DNA of 64,000 nt from Chloroflexota bacterium (GTDB taxonomy: Bacteria; Chloroflexota; Limnocylindria; Limnocylindrales; CSP1-4): positions 339-64,338 of the forward strand of contig JACPOU010000001.1 of assembly GCA_016191345.1 (NCBI GenBank). Direction: 5' to 3'. The translations under genes were made by a program, and so were the position numbers. Shown here piece by piece: positions 8,885 through 18,170 of the stretch. Positions within the stretch are counted from its first letter, which is position 1. Every line of letters starts with the position of its first letter. The notes below the pieces were generated by a model, which saw nothing but the letters and a program-made list of their open reading frames with translations, was not told where the DNA came from and did not search any database.

Positions 8885-9963
8885 ACGATCGCGCGACGAT
8901 GGTCCCGCGGCCGCGGCTGATGGACCGCTACCGGGAGTGGCTGCCGGTCACCGACGCCACGCCACGCCTCTCCCTCGGCGAAGGCGGCACCCCGCTCGTC
9001 CGGACCGAGCGGCTCGGGGCCCGCTATGGCCTCCGCAACCTCCATGTCAAGGTCGAGGGCATGAACCCCACCGGATCGTTCAAGGACCGGGGCATGGTCG
9101 TCGCCGTCGCCAAGGCGATCGAGGGTGGCGCCCGGTCGATCATCTGCGCCTCGACCGGGAACACGTCCGCCTCGGCGGCCGCGTACGGGGCCGCCGCGGG
9201 CCTCGAGGTCGTCGTCCTGCTGCCGAAGGGCGCCATCGCCGCCGGCAAGCTGCTCCAGGCGCTCGTGGCCGGGGCGCGGGTGGTCGCCGTTGATGGCAAC
9301 TTCGACGCGGCCCTGTCGGTGGTCCGGGCCCTCGCCGAGCGCGACGACCACCCGATCAGCCTCGTGAACTCGGTGAACCCGCACCGGCTGGCCGGCCAGA
9401 AGACCGCCGCCTTCGAGATCTGCGACGACCTCGGGAGGGCGCCGGACATCCTTGCCATCCCAGTCGGGAATGCGGGCAACATCAGCGCCTACGGGGCGGG
9501 CTTCACCGACTACGCGATGGCCGGGATCGTGGAGCGCCGGCCGCGGATGCTCGGCTTCCAGGCGGCCGGCGCCGCGCCGCTCGTCCTCGGCCGCCCGGTC
9601 GATCGCCCGGAGACGATCGCCACCGCGATCCGGATCGGCAACCCGGCATCGTGGACCCTGGCCACCGCGGCACGGGACGAGAGCGGCGGCCGGATCGAGG
9701 CCGTGACCGACGACGAGATCCTCGCCGCGTACCGTGACGTGGCGAGCGAGGAGGGCATCTTCTGCGAGCCGTCGTCGGCGGCCAGCCTTGCCGGCGTCGC
9801 GAAGCTCGCCCGGGCCGGCGAGCTGGACCCCGACGCCACGATCGTGGCCGTCCTGACCGGCAACGGGCTCAAGGACCCGCACACGGCCGAGGCCGCGGTC
9901 GGCGATCGCATCCTCGAGGCCGCATCGAGCGTGGACGGCGTGCGGGCGGCGCTCGGATGGTGA
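8881..9963 (+). CDS. thrC: Threonine synthase
   Basis: Contains the PLP-lysine region [11 protein letters not shown] and resembles ThrC overall. Its ATG overlaps the hom stop (ATGA). Confidence 0.9.
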   Translation: MNDRATMVPRPRLMDRYREWLPVTDATPRLSLGEGGTPLVRTERLGARYGLRNLHVKVEGMNPTGSFKDRGMVVAVAKAIEGGARSIICASTGNTSASAAAYGAAAGLEVVVLLPKGAIAAGKLLQALVAGARVVAVDGNFDAALSVVRALAERDDHPISLVNSVNPHRLAGQKTAAFEICDDLGRAPDILAIPVGNAGNISAYGAGFTDYAMAGIVERRPRMLGFQAAGAAPLVLGRPVDRPETIATAIRIGNPASWTLATAARDESGGRIEAVTDDEILAAYRDVASEEGIFCEPSSAASLAGVAKLARAGELDPDATIVAVLTGNGLKDPHTAEAAVGDRILEAASSVDGVRAALGW

Positions 9964-9991
9964 GGACCTCCCGATCACGGAACGGCGGCGC

Positions 9992-10954
9992 ATGGTGACG
10001 AGCTGGCTCGCCGAGCTCGACGGGCGCCGCGTCGCGGTGGAGGTGCCGGCGACGACCGCGAACCTCGGCGCGGGCTATGACTGCCTCGGGATGGCCCTCG
10101 AGCTCACGAACCGGGTGGGCCTCGAAGTGCGGAGCTGGAGCCGCGGCGGGATCGAGCTGAGCGTCGAGGGCGAGGGTGTCGGCGAGCTCCCGGCCGACGG
10201 CCGGAATCGCTTCGTCCAGGGCGTCGAGGCGGCCATCCGCGAGGCCCGGGGCGAGATCCCGGCCGGCACGAGCTGGCGGATCGAGATGGTCAACCGGATC
10301 CCGCTCGCCCGGGGGCTCGGATCGAGCGCGGCCGCGACCGTCGGCGGGCTCCTCGCCGCGAACGCGCTCCTCGGCGACGTCCTCGCCCAGGCGGACCTGC
10401 TCCGGCTCGCGGCCGCGATCGAGGGGCACCCGGACAACGCGGCCCCGGCCCTGCTCGGCGGCTTCGTCGCGTCGGCCCCGATCGGGGAGGCCGTGGAGGC
10501 GATCCGCTTCGACGTGCCCCGTGGCATCCGGGCGGTGGTCTTCATCCCCGACCTCCGCCTCGCGACGAGCGAGATGCGGAAGGTCCTGCCGGCGAAGGTG
10601 CCGCGGGCGGACGCGGTCGCGAACCTGGGACGGGTGGCCCTCGGCGTGGCCGCGTTCGCGACGGGTCGCCGCGATGCCATCCGGTTCCTCACCGAGGACC
10701 GGCTCCACGAGCCCTACCGCGCGGCCGCCTACCCGCAGCTCCCGCGCCTCGTCTCAGACGCACGGACGGCCGGTGCCCTGGGGGCCGCCCTGAGCGGCGC
10801 GGGCTCGTCGATCATCGCCTTCACGGACACGCTCGCCGGCGTGGCCCGGATCGAGGCCGCCTTCCGGGCCGCCGCGGCGGACACGGATCTGCCCGGCCGG
10901 GTGGAGGTCGTGGCGCCGCGAAACGCGGGCGCGCGGGTCGTCCCGGACGTCTGA
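9992..10954 (+). CDS. thrB: Homoserine kinase
   Basis: GHMP-kinase motifs are present: NLGAGYDCLG and PLARGLGSSAAA. It sits downstream of hom-thrC. Confidence 0.9.
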   Translation: MVTSWLAELDGRRVAVEVPATTANLGAGYDCLGMALELTNRVGLEVRSWSRGGIELSVEGEGVGELPADGRNRFVQGVEAAIREARGEIPAGTSWRIEMVNRIPLARGLGSSAAATVGGLLAANALLGDVLAQADLLRLAAAIEGHPDNAAPALLGGFVASAPIGEAVEAIRFDVPRGIRAVVFIPDLRLATSEMRKVLPAKVPRADAVANLGRVALGVAAFATGRRDAIRFLTEDRLHEPYRAAAYPQLPRLVSDARTAGALGAALSGAGSSIIAFTDTLAGVARIEAAFRAAAADTDLPGRVEVVAPRNAGARVVPDV

Positions 10955-10994
10955 GCCCCCTCCCCTTCGAGGGGCACTGGCGATGAGGCAATTC

Positions 10995-11022
10995 TTGACG
11001 ACATGAGTGGACGTAGCATACT
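10995..11022 (+). promoter_or_regulatory. Putative sigma-70-type promoter: -35 TTGACG, 16-nt spacer, -10 CATACT
   Basis: Found in a locally A/T-richer stretch (CAATTCTTGACGACATGAGTGGACGTAGCATACTG), about 25 nt upstream of ATG 11047. Confidence 0.35.
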
Positions 11023-11046
11023 GCTGCTCATGTTGTTCCCGTCGCG

Positions 11047-12489
11047 ATGAGTCGGCCCTACGTCTTCCCGAGCATCGATGCGTTCCGCGACCGCGCCGAG
11101 GAGCTTGCCGCGATCGGCGCCTGGTTCGACGACGAGCACGAGTGGCGCGCCCTGACCCTCTTTGGACGTCGTCGCGCCGGCAAGTCGTGGCTATTTCGCG
11201 CGTTCGCCCATGGCCGCGGGGCCGACGTGTTCGTGGCCAGCACCCGGGCACTTGGCGATCAGCTTGCGGGCTTCTCGGAGCTTCTCGAGCGGGATGGGGA
11301 GCGACCGGCCCTGCCCGACCTCGAGTCATTCCTTCGTCTGCTCTACCGGCGTGCGCGCGGACAACGCCGCCTGGCGGTCATCGACGAGTTGCCCTACCTG
11401 TGGACCGCCGAGAAGGACCTTCCCTCGATCCTGCTCAAGGTGATGGAGGAGGAAGCGGCTTCATCGAAGTTGAAGCTCATCGTTGCCGGCAGTCACGTCG
11501 GGATGATGGAGCGCCTGCTCGCGGAGAAGGAGCCGCTCCGCGACCGACTTCGGCCACTGCGGGTTCGCTCTCTCGATTTCTGGCGGGCGCGAGAAATCCT
11601 TGGGCCAGGGACGCCACAGGAGCTGCTGACCGCCTTCGCGATTGCAGGCGGGCTGCCGCGGTACCTCGCCGAGGTCGCCGGAGCCACCGACGCGGTGGGC
11701 CGGCTTGCGTCGGCCTGCCTCGACCCCCACGGGCCCCTCTTCGATGAGCCGCGAGCAATCCTCGCGCAGGAGCTGGAGGTGCCCCACACCTACTTTTCGA
11801 TTCTCTCCGCCCTCGCGTCGGGTCCGCAGCCCTGGTCTGATCTTGTTTCCCGCTCCGGCGTGGAGTCGACCCGGCTGGCGCGCTATCTCCAGACCCTCGA
11901 AAACCTGGGTCTCGTCACGGCCCGCATGCCAATCACCGACATCGTCGTCGGCCGCAATCGGCTCTACGAGCTTGAAGACGGGTTCCTGCGGTTCTGGTTT
12001 CGCTTCGTGTTTCCATTTCAGGCCGATCTCGAGGCAGGCCTCTCCCCGGCAACGGTGCTCGCCACCGAGGTCATGCCGGATCTGGCTGACCATCTCGCAC
12101 CGGCGATCGAGGAGATCGCCCGAGGTTGGGTCCGGCGGCGAGGGTTCGCCGGGGCAACGAGGGTCGGATCCTGGTGGGGTCCGTCGCTCGATGAGTTCCG
12201 TCCGCCGGTCGGCGAACGAACGCGCGAGGAGATCGACATCGTCGGCATCGCTCGAGGACGCGTGACGATGATCGGCGAGGTCCGCTGGCGCGAGAAGCCG
12301 ATGGACGTCGGCATCCTCGGCGAGCTCGATCGCTTCAAGCTTCCGGCGCTTCGTCGGGCGACCAAGGTGGCCATCCAGCCGAAGGTGCTGCTCGTGAGCC
12401 GGTCTGGGTTCACGGACGGCCTCCGCGATGCCGCTGCCCGGGCGGAGCACATCAGCCTGCTCGAGCTCGAGGACCTGGTTTCCGGCTGA
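11047..12489 (+). CDS. ATP-binding protein: AAA-type (archaeal-ATPase-like) NTPase, a wHTH and a C-terminal DUF234-like (PD-(D/E)xK-like) domain
   Basis: Walker A is GRRRAGKS and Walker B is LAVIDELP. A wHTH-like segment reads YFSILSALASGPQPWSDLV...LENLGLV. The C-terminal EEIDIVGIA...MIGEVRW resembles the DUF234 nuclease-fold motif. Confidence 0.8.
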   Translation: MSRPYVFPSIDAFRDRAEELAAIGAWFDDEHEWRALTLFGRRRAGKSWLFRAFAHGRGADVFVASTRALGDQLAGFSELLERDGERPALPDLESFLRLLYRRARGQRRLAVIDELPYLWTAEKDLPSILLKVMEEEAASSKLKLIVAGSHVGMMERLLAEKEPLRDRLRPLRVRSLDFWRAREILGPGTPQELLTAFAIAGGLPRYLAEVAGATDAVGRLASACLDPHGPLFDEPRAILAQELEVPHTYFSILSALASGPQPWSDLVSRSGVESTRLARYLQTLENLGLVTARMPITDIVVGRNRLYELEDGFLRFWFRFVFPFQADLEAGLSPATVLATEVMPDLADHLAPAIEEIARGWVRRRGFAGATRVGSWWGPSLDEFRPPVGERTREEIDIVGIARGRVTMIGEVRWREKPMDVGILGELDRFKLPALRRATKVAIQPKVLLVSRSGFTDGLRDAAARAEHISLLELEDLVSG

Positions 12490-12527
12490 GCCGCGCCGCC
12501 CGTTGACGCGGGGGCCACACTGACGCG

Positions 12528-12719
12528 GTGAACGTCGCGAACGATCTCGGCCGCGCCGTGGGTGATGGCATCACCGGACTCGTCGCCGGATCGTTCCGTG
12601 CGCTCGGCGCGGCGGTCCAGGCGGTCATCAACACGTTCCAGACGGTCCTGCCCGGGATCTGGCTCCCGATCGCGGGGATCCTGCTGGTCGTCTTCGTGCT
12701 CTGGCTTTTCAAGAAGTAG
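12528..12719 (+). CDS. Small hypothetical membrane protein (63 aa)
   Basis: GTG start 38 nt after the ATPase stop. The C-terminal hydrophobic helix WLPIAGILLVVFVLWLF is followed by KK. No family was recognised. Confidence 0.45.
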   Translation: MNVANDLGRAVGDGITGLVAGSFRALGAAVQAVINTFQTVLPGIWLPIAGILLVVFVLWLFKK

Positions 12720-12722
12720 GTC

Positions 12723-12745
12723 GCGCCGCCCAGCGCCGGCGGCGC
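12723..12745. terminator. GC-rich hairpin between convergent genes (possible bidirectional terminator)
   Basis: GCGCCGCC (12723-12730), a 7-nt loop, then GGCGGCGC (12738-12745). There is no U-tract. Confidence 0.3.
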
Positions 12746-12780
12746 CCGACGCACGGCGCCCCCGGCACGAGCCCGCCCCC

Positions 12781-13569
12781 TCAGGCCCCGGCGCCGCGGA
12801 CGGACTGCTCCCGGATGAATGCGAGCGTCTCCGTCCAGGCCGCCGCGGACGCGTCCGCGAACTGGTCCGCCTTCTTGTCGAAGAACGAGTGCGGCGCCCC
12901 CGGATAGGTGATCGATCGGTGCTCCACGCCGGCCGCATCGAGCGCGCGGTCGAACTCGTCGACGACCGAGCTCGAGATCCCCTGGTCCGCCCCGCCCCAG
13001 ATCTCGAGGAGCGGGCAGCCGATCATCGGCGCGAGGTCCGCCGGGGCCGGGGTCCCGTTCCGCGACGGACCGGTCGGCCAGCCGTAGAACCCGATGGCCC
13101 CGGCGAGGCCGAGCGTGAGCGTCGCCGAGAGGAACGCCAGCCGGCCGCCCATGCAGAACCCGGTCGTGAACAGGCTCGTCGGGGCGCGGTCCGCGCCGTC
13201 CGTGGCGCGCAGCGCGGCGATCCCGGCCCGGATGTCGCCCGCCAGCGCTTCCCAGGTCGTCTGGGGGACGTGGGGCGCGTAGTCGAAGCCGTCGCCCCGG
13301 TCGCCGCGGCCCGCCGTCCGCGCGAAGTAGTCGATCGCGATCGCGTCGATGCCGTTCTCGGCATAGCGGAGCGCGAGCTCCTCGTAGTAGGCGTGGAGCC
13401 CGCGAATGTCGGGCAGGATCAGGATTCCGGCGCCGGTGGGCTTCGCGGGCGTGGCCCGGAAGGCGTCGAAGTCGGTGCCGTCCTCCGACGTGAGCGTGAT
13501 CCGCCCGGCATCGAGGGCGCCGCCGGCGATCGGGGCGATCGGCGGCCGGCTGTCGGTGTCGAAGCACAT
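12781..13569 (-). CDS. Dienelactone hydrolase family protein
   Basis: 262-aa alpha/beta hydrolase. The nucleophile region GFCMGG and the overall sequence resemble DLH-family proteins. Confidence 0.85.
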   Translation of the reverse strand: MCFDTDSRPPIAPIAGGALDAGRITLTSEDGTDFDAFRATPAKPTGAGILILPDIRGLHAYYEELALRYAENGIDAIAIDYFARTAGRGDRGDGFDYAPHVPQTTWEALAGDIRAGIAALRATDGADRAPTSLFTTGFCMGGRLAFLSATLTLGLAGAIGFYGWPTGPSRNGTPAPADLAPMIGCPLLEIWGGADQGISSSVVDEFDRALDAAGVEHRSITYPGAPHSFFDKKADQFADASAAAWTETLAFIREQSVRGAGA

Positions 13570-13645
13570 GGTCGGTCTCCTCAGCGCGATCGAGTCATTG
13601 TGCCCTCACCGGGCCCGCATCGCCGGAACGGGGGAAGGGGTCGGG

Positions 13646-13651
13646 TAGAAT
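13646..13651 (+). promoter_or_regulatory. Putative -10 hexamer TAGAAT giving a leaderless or near-leaderless aspartokinase mRNA
   Basis: GGGTAGAATGCGCGCCCG-ATG, with 9 nt between the hexamer and ATG 13661 and no SD in between. Confidence 0.4.
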
Positions 13652-13660
13652 GCGCGCCCG

Positions 13661-14941
13661 ATGGAACGCCCCCTCGTCGTCCAGAAGTTCGGCGGCTCGT
13701 CCGTGGCGAACGCGGACCGGATCCGGCGCGTCGCGCGGCGGATCGCGCGGGAGCGCGCGGCCGGCTCCGACCTCGTGGTCGTCGTGTCGGCGATGGGCGA
13801 CACCACGGACGAGCTCCTCTCGCTGGCCCACGGCATCACCGACGAGCCCGACGCCCGCGAGCTGGACATGCTCCTCGCGACCGGCGAGCACCAGAGCGCC
13901 ACGCTCGTCTCGATGGCCCTCCACGCCCTCCACGTCGACGCGATCTCCCTGACCGGCCCCCAGGCCGGAATCACGACCGACGGCCGGTTCGGGCGCGCCC
14001 GGATCGCGAACGTGGAGCCGCGCCGCATCCGCGCGGAGCTGGAACGCGGCAACGTCGTCATCGTGGCCGGATTCCAGGGGCAGAGTGCCAGCGCGGGCGC
14101 GGAGCTGAGCGAGATCACGACCCTGGGCCGGGGCGGCTCCGACACCACCGCCGTCGCCCTCGCGGCCGCCCTCAAGGCGGACCGCTGCCAGGTCTTCACC
14201 GACGTGAAAGGCATCTACACCGCCGACCCGCGGCTCGTCCCGACCGCTCGCCAGCTGCCCGTCATCGGCTACGAGGAGATGCTGGAGCTGGCCCACCAGG
14301 GCGCCCAGGTCATGCAGGTCCGGGCGGTGGAGCTCGGCTGGGTCAACGACGTCGTCATCGAGGTCCTCAGCTCGTTCGAGGACGCACCCGGCACGCTCAT
14401 CAGGGAGGATCCGCTCGTGGAGCAGCGCAACAAGGTGCGGGGCCTCGCCCACGACCGGAACGTGGCCAAGGTGACGCTCGTCGCCGTGCCGGACCGGCCG
14501 GGCGTCGCCCGGACCGTCTTCGACCCCCTGGCCGAGGCCGGCATCAACGTCGACATGATCGTCCAGAACGTCGGCCACGGCGGGACCACGGACATGTCCT
14601 TCACCGTCCCGCGGGCGGAGCTCGGCCGGGCGAAGAAGGTCCTCGACCCGGTCGTCCGCGAGCTCGGTGCCCGCGAGGTGACCACCGACGCGTCCGTGGC
14701 CAAGGTCTCGATCGTCGGGGCCGGGCTGCACAATGCGCCGGGCTACGCGGCCCGGATGTTCGGGACGCTCGCCGATGCGGGGGTGAACATCGAGATGATC
14801 TCGACGTCGGAGGTCCGGATCACCTGCATGATCGCCGAGGACGAGCTCGCGACGGCCCTCGCCGCGCTCCATGGCGCCTTCGAGCTGGCCCGCCCCGACG
14901 CGGTCGACGCCGCCGCGGCCGGCGGCCTCGCGGCCGGTTGA
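13661..14941 (+). CDS. lysC: Aspartate kinase (class with two C-terminal ACT domains)
   Basis: Begins VVQKFGGSSV and contains VVVVSAMGDTTDEL. The C-terminal ACT pair includes VAKVTLVAVPDRPG and VAKVSIVGAGL. Confidence 0.92.
   Translation: MERPLVVQKFGGSSVANADRIRRVARRIARERAAGSDLVVVVSAMGDTTDELLSLAHGITDEPDARELDMLLATGEHQSATLVSMALHALHVDAISLTGPQAGITTDGRFGRARIANVEPRRIRAELERGNVVIVAGFQGQSASAGAELSEITTLGRGGSDTTAVALAAALKADRCQVFTDVKGIYTADPRLVPTARQLPVIGYEEMLELAHQGAQVMQVRAVELGWVNDVVIEVLSSFEDAPGTLIREDPLVEQRNKVRGLAHDRNVAKVTLVAVPDRPGVARTVFDPLAEAGINVDMIVQNVGHGGTTDMSFTVPRAELGRAKKVLDPVVRELGAREVTTDASVAKVSIVGAGLHNAPGYAARMFGTLADAGVNIEMISTSEVRITCMIAEDELATALAALHGAFELARPDAVDAAAAGGLAAG
14417..14941 (+). CDS. Possible nested in-frame aspartokinase beta subunit (ACT-domain polypeptide)
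   Basis: GGGAGGA (14403-14409) lies 7-8 nt upstream of an in-frame GTG at 14417, just before the ACT domains. This mirrors the known lysC alpha/beta arrangement in Corynebacterium and Bacillus. Confidence 0.4.
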   Translation: MEQRNKVRGLAHDRNVAKVTLVAVPDRPGVARTVFDPLAEAGINVDMIVQNVGHGGTTDMSFTVPRAELGRAKKVLDPVVRELGAREVTTDASVAKVSIVGAGLHNAPGYAARMFGTLADAGVNIEMISTSEVRITCMIAEDELATALAALHGAFELARPDAVDAAAAGGLAAG

Positions 14942-14955
14942 GGCAGGCCAACCGC

Positions 14956-15846
14956 ATGCCGGCCGGCACCCTGCCCTTCGTCTCGCGCCTCGCCCGCTTC
15001 GAGCGGGTCGGGTCGACGAACGACGTCGTCCGCGGCTGGCTCGCCGACGGCCTCGACGAGGTCTGCGTGGCGGTCGCCGACGAGCAGACGGCGGGCCGCG
15101 GCCGCGAGGGCCGGACCTGGACGGCGCGACCGGGCGCGGCGCTCCTCCTGTCCGCCGGCTTCCGGCCCGCCTGGATTGCGCCGGACCGGGCCTGGCGGGT
15201 GGCCGGGATCGTGGCCCTCGCGATGGCCGATGCCGCCGAGGATGCGGCGGGCCTGGGCGGCGGCACGATCCGGCTGAAGTGGCCGAACGACCTCGTGATC
15301 GTGACCGCGGGTCCCGGCGCCTCGCTCCGGGCGGATGACCCGGACGCGGCCGGGGCGCTCGCCCGCCTCGCCGCCCCGCTGGAGATCCGGAAGCTCGCCG
15401 GGATCCTCGGCGAGACCGAGGGCCTCGGCACGGACGACCCGCGGGTCGTGGTCGGGATCGGGATCAACGCCGACTGGGACGCGCGCGACTTCCCGGCAGC
15501 GCTGGCCGGGTCGATGACCTCGCTCCGGGACGCATCCGGCGGCCGGCCCATCGATCGCGACGCCCTCCTCGACGGGTTCCTCGCCCGCCTCGAGACGCGG
15601 CTCGCCGCGCTCCGGGAGGGGCGCTTCGACGTCGCCGAGTGGACGGCCCGCCAGGTGACCACCGGCCACCTCGTCCGGCTCCACGGCCACGGCGGGGACG
15701 AGTCGCTCGTCCGCGCGATCGGGGTCGACGGGGCGTCCGGGGCCCTCGTCGTGGAGCCGCTCGACGGCGATGGGCGCGCGCGCGAACGCGCCGTCATGGC
15801 CGGCGAGGTCGTCCACGTCCGGCTCGCCTCCGCGGGCGTGGTGTAA
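14956..15846 (+). CDS. birA: Biotin--[acetyl-CoA-carboxylase] ligase (no obvious N-terminal HTH repressor domain)
   Basis: This is the last 297 aa of ORF 12562..15846, starting at ATG 14956. It carries the BirA signature GRGREGRTW and KWPNDL. Confidence 0.85.
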   Translation: MPAGTLPFVSRLARFERVGSTNDVVRGWLADGLDEVCVAVADEQTAGRGREGRTWTARPGAALLLSAGFRPAWIAPDRAWRVAGIVALAMADAAEDAAGLGGGTIRLKWPNDLVIVTAGPGASLRADDPDAAGALARLAAPLEIRKLAGILGETEGLGTDDPRVVVGIGINADWDARDFPAALAGSMTSLRDASGGRPIDRDALLDGFLARLETRLAALREGRFDVAEWTARQVTTGHLVRLHGHGGDESLVRAIGVDGASGALVVEPLDGDGRARERAVMAGEVVHVRLASAGVV

Positions 15847-15850
15847 CGCG

Positions 15851-16498
15851 GTGGCCCGGCCGGTGTTGAGGAGAGCAGGCGCGGCGACGGACGCCGTGCC
15901 CCGACTGGCGCACCTGGATCGCGACCGGCCGCTCGTGGCGGCCGCCCAGCGAGATCCCGGCACATTCGACGCCCTCTATCGGCGGTACCTGGCCCCGGTG
16001 TACAGCTACGCCTACTACGAGCTCGGCAACCACCACGCCGCGGAGGACGCGACGGAGCGGACGTTCCTGGCCGCGCTCGCCAACCTCCACCGCTTCGACG
16101 AGCGCGCACGCCCCGAGGACGGGGAGGGCGCGTCGACGTTCAAGGTGTGGCTGTTCCGGATCGCCCGGAACGTGATCGCCAACGACCGCCGGACCGCGCG
16201 CCGCCATCCCGCGGCGGTCCTCGACGACGCGACCGCGGCGATCGTCGCCGACCCGCTGGACGTGGAGCGCGATGCCGTCCGCCGCGAGGAGGCCGCGGAC
16301 GCGTGGCGGGCCGTCGGGCGGCTGCCGGGCGACCGGCGGCGGGCGCTCGTCCTTCGCTTCGTCGACGAGATGAGCACCGCGGAGATCGCCGGCGTCCTCG
16401 GTCGATCCGAGGGGGCCGTCCGGGTCCTCATCCACCGCGCCCTGCGGAGCGTCGCCCGGGAGCTTGACCCGCGCTCCCCGAACGCGCCGCGCCGATGA
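15851..16498 (+). CDS. ECF-type RNA polymerase sigma factor
   Basis: Sigma-70 region 2 reads FDALYRRYLAPVYSYAYY...AEDATERTF and region 4 reads EMSTAEIAGVLGRSEGAVRVLIHRA. The start is uncertain: in-frame GTGs at 15851 and 15863, while ATG 15770 would overlap birA. Confidence 0.8.
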   Translation: MARPVLRRAGAATDAVPRLAHLDRDRPLVAAAQRDPGTFDALYRRYLAPVYSYAYYELGNHHAAEDATERTFLAALANLHRFDERARPEDGEGASTFKVWLFRIARNVIANDRRTARRHPAAVLDDATAAIVADPLDVERDAVRREEAADAWRAVGRLPGDRRRALVLRFVDEMSTAEIAGVLGRSEGAVRVLIHRALRSVARELDPRSPNAPRR

Positions 16499-17100
16499 CG
16501 CTCCCCGGCCGGGACGTCGCCGAGGTCGAGGCGCTCGTCACCGACCGCTACCTCGATTCGCTCCTCGCCGCGGCGGACCTGCCGTGGATCGGGCTGGTGC
16601 CGGACGGGAGCGGGGCCGCCAGCGAGCGCGGCGGCTTCGGCGGGCCGCGGCGCGACCGCGGGGCGTCGAGAGATCCGCGGAGCCGCCTCGATGCCGGGGT
16701 GCGCCTCGCCTCGAGCCGCCTGACCCTCGACCTGCCGCGCTTCCATCCCTCGTTCCGCTTCGAGGAGCGGCTCGCCGTCCGGCTCGCCGAGGCGGCTGCC
16801 GCCATGCGCCTCCCCGCCGCCGCCGGCGCCGAGGGCTCCGTGGCCGTCGTGCCGATCCACCAGTCGCGGGCTGCCGCGCCGGCAGTCCTGGACCCGTACG
16901 CCTTCGACCCCCTCGCCGACCCGGAGCCGGAGCCCGAGGCCGCCACGTCCCGGCCGCTGCTCATCGGCGGCGCGGTGGCGGCGTCCGCGATCAGCCTGGC
17001 CGGGGCCGCCTGGGTCGCCTGGCGCCGCTCCCGGACTGCATCCTCGCCGATGGCCCGGGCCGTGCGCGCCGCGCACGCGCTCCGCGAGCGGCCGGCGTAG
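16495..17100 (+). CDS. Hypothetical tail-anchored membrane protein; possible cognate anti-sigma factor
   Basis: Its ATG overlaps the sigma-factor stop (ATGA). A single C-terminal TM helix reads LLIGGAVAASAISLAGAAWVAW. No zf-HC2 motif is seen, so the anti-sigma call rests on position only. Confidence 0.45.
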   Translation: MTLPGRDVAEVEALVTDRYLDSLLAAADLPWIGLVPDGSGAASERGGFGGPRRDRGASRDPRSRLDAGVRLASSRLTLDLPRFHPSFRFEERLAVRLAEAAAAMRLPAAAGAEGSVAVVPIHQSRAAAPAVLDPYAFDPLADPEPEPEAATSRPLLIGGAVAASAISLAGAAWVAWRRSRTASSPMARAVRAAHALRERPA

Positions 17101-17111
17101 GGGAGCCGACG

Positions 17112-18170
17112 ATGCCGATCAAGCTGCCCTCGTTCCGGCCCCGCAAGGACGCTCACCCGCCGGACCTCTGGACGAAGTGCCCGACCTGCTCGGAGATGCT
17201 GTTCAACAAGCAGCTCGACAAGGCGGACCGGGTCTGCCCGAACTGCGGCCACCACTTCCGCCTGTCGGCCGGGGCTCGCCTGGACCTCCTCCTGGACCAC
17301 GGCACGTTCGCGGAGCTGGACGCCGGCCTCCAGAGCCTGGACCCGCTCGGGTTCGTGGACCAGAAGCCGTACCCGGACCGGGTTGCCGCCGCGCAGCTCG
17401 CGACGGGGCTCCGTGACGCCGCCGTCCGGGGCACCGGGCTGATCGAGGGTCACCGCGTCTCGATCTGCGCCATGGACTTCGCGTTCATGGGCGGCTCCAT
17501 GGGGGCCGTCGTCGGCGAGAAGGTCACCCGTGCCGCGGAGCAGGCCCTCGAGGAGCGGATCCCGCTCATCGTCGTTTCGGCGTCCGGCGGGGCGCGGATG
17601 CAGGAGGGGACCCTCGCCCTCATGCAGCTCGCGAAGACCTGCGCCGCCCTCGACCGGCTCCGGGTCGCCGGCGTGCCCTACATCTCGATCATGAGCGACC
17701 CGACCACCGGCGGCGTGTTCGCCTCCTATGCCGTCCTCGGCGACGTGAACCTTGCCGAGCCGAATGCGCTCATCGGGTTCGCCGGCGCCCGCGTGACCGC
17801 GGGCACGATCGCCCAGGAGCTGCCGCCCGGCTTCCAGCGCGCGGAGTTCCTCTTCGAGCACGGGTTCGTCGACCGCGTGGTCACGCGCCGGGACCTCCGC
17901 CACGAGGTCGCCCTGCTCCTCCGCTACCTGGTCCCGTTGGAGGGCGCCGGCGGCGGCAACGGCAACGGGGCGATGAGCGAGAGCCGCCCGTCGTTCGACC
18001 CCATCGGCTTCCTGTCGTCGCTCGCCGAGAAGGTGGTCCCGGACCTGGGCCCCGGGGACGGGTTGGACGCACCGGAATCGCCACGGACCTCGCGCCCCGC
18101 GCGCACGGCGCGCACCGCCGGCGACGCCCCGGCAGCCCGCAGAACCGGACGGAGGACGGCCGATGGTTGA
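17112..18170 (+). CDS. accD: Acetyl-CoA carboxylase carboxyltransferase subunit beta
   Basis: The internal ATG at 17112 gives MPIKL. The N-terminal Zn-ribbon CPTCSEML...CPNCGHH is present and the carboxyltransferase core resembles AccD. A C-terminal low-complexity tail follows. Confidence 0.9.
   Translation: MPIKLPSFRPRKDAHPPDLWTKCPTCSEMLFNKQLDKADRVCPNCGHHFRLSAGARLDLLLDHGTFAELDAGLQSLDPLGFVDQKPYPDRVAAAQLATGLRDAAVRGTGLIEGHRVSICAMDFAFMGGSMGAVVGEKVTRAAEQALEERIPLIVVSASGGARMQEGTLALMQLAKTCAALDRLRVAGVPYISIMSDPTTGGVFASYAVLGDVNLAEPNALIGFAGARVTAGTIAQELPPGFQRAEFLFEHGFVDRVVTRRDLRHEVALLLRYLVPLEGAGGGNGNGAMSESRPSFDPIGFLSSLAEKVVPDLGPGDGLDAPESPRTSRPARTARTAGDAPAARRTGRRTADG

Noticed and set aside
12562-14955. 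The N-terminal ~798 codons of the 1094-aa plus-strand ORF 12562..15846
   Set aside because: Only the last 297 codons (birA, from ATG 14956) look like a real protein. The upstream part runs antisense through the dienelactone hydrolase gene and out of frame through aspartokinase, and it is Arg/Gly/Pro-rich.
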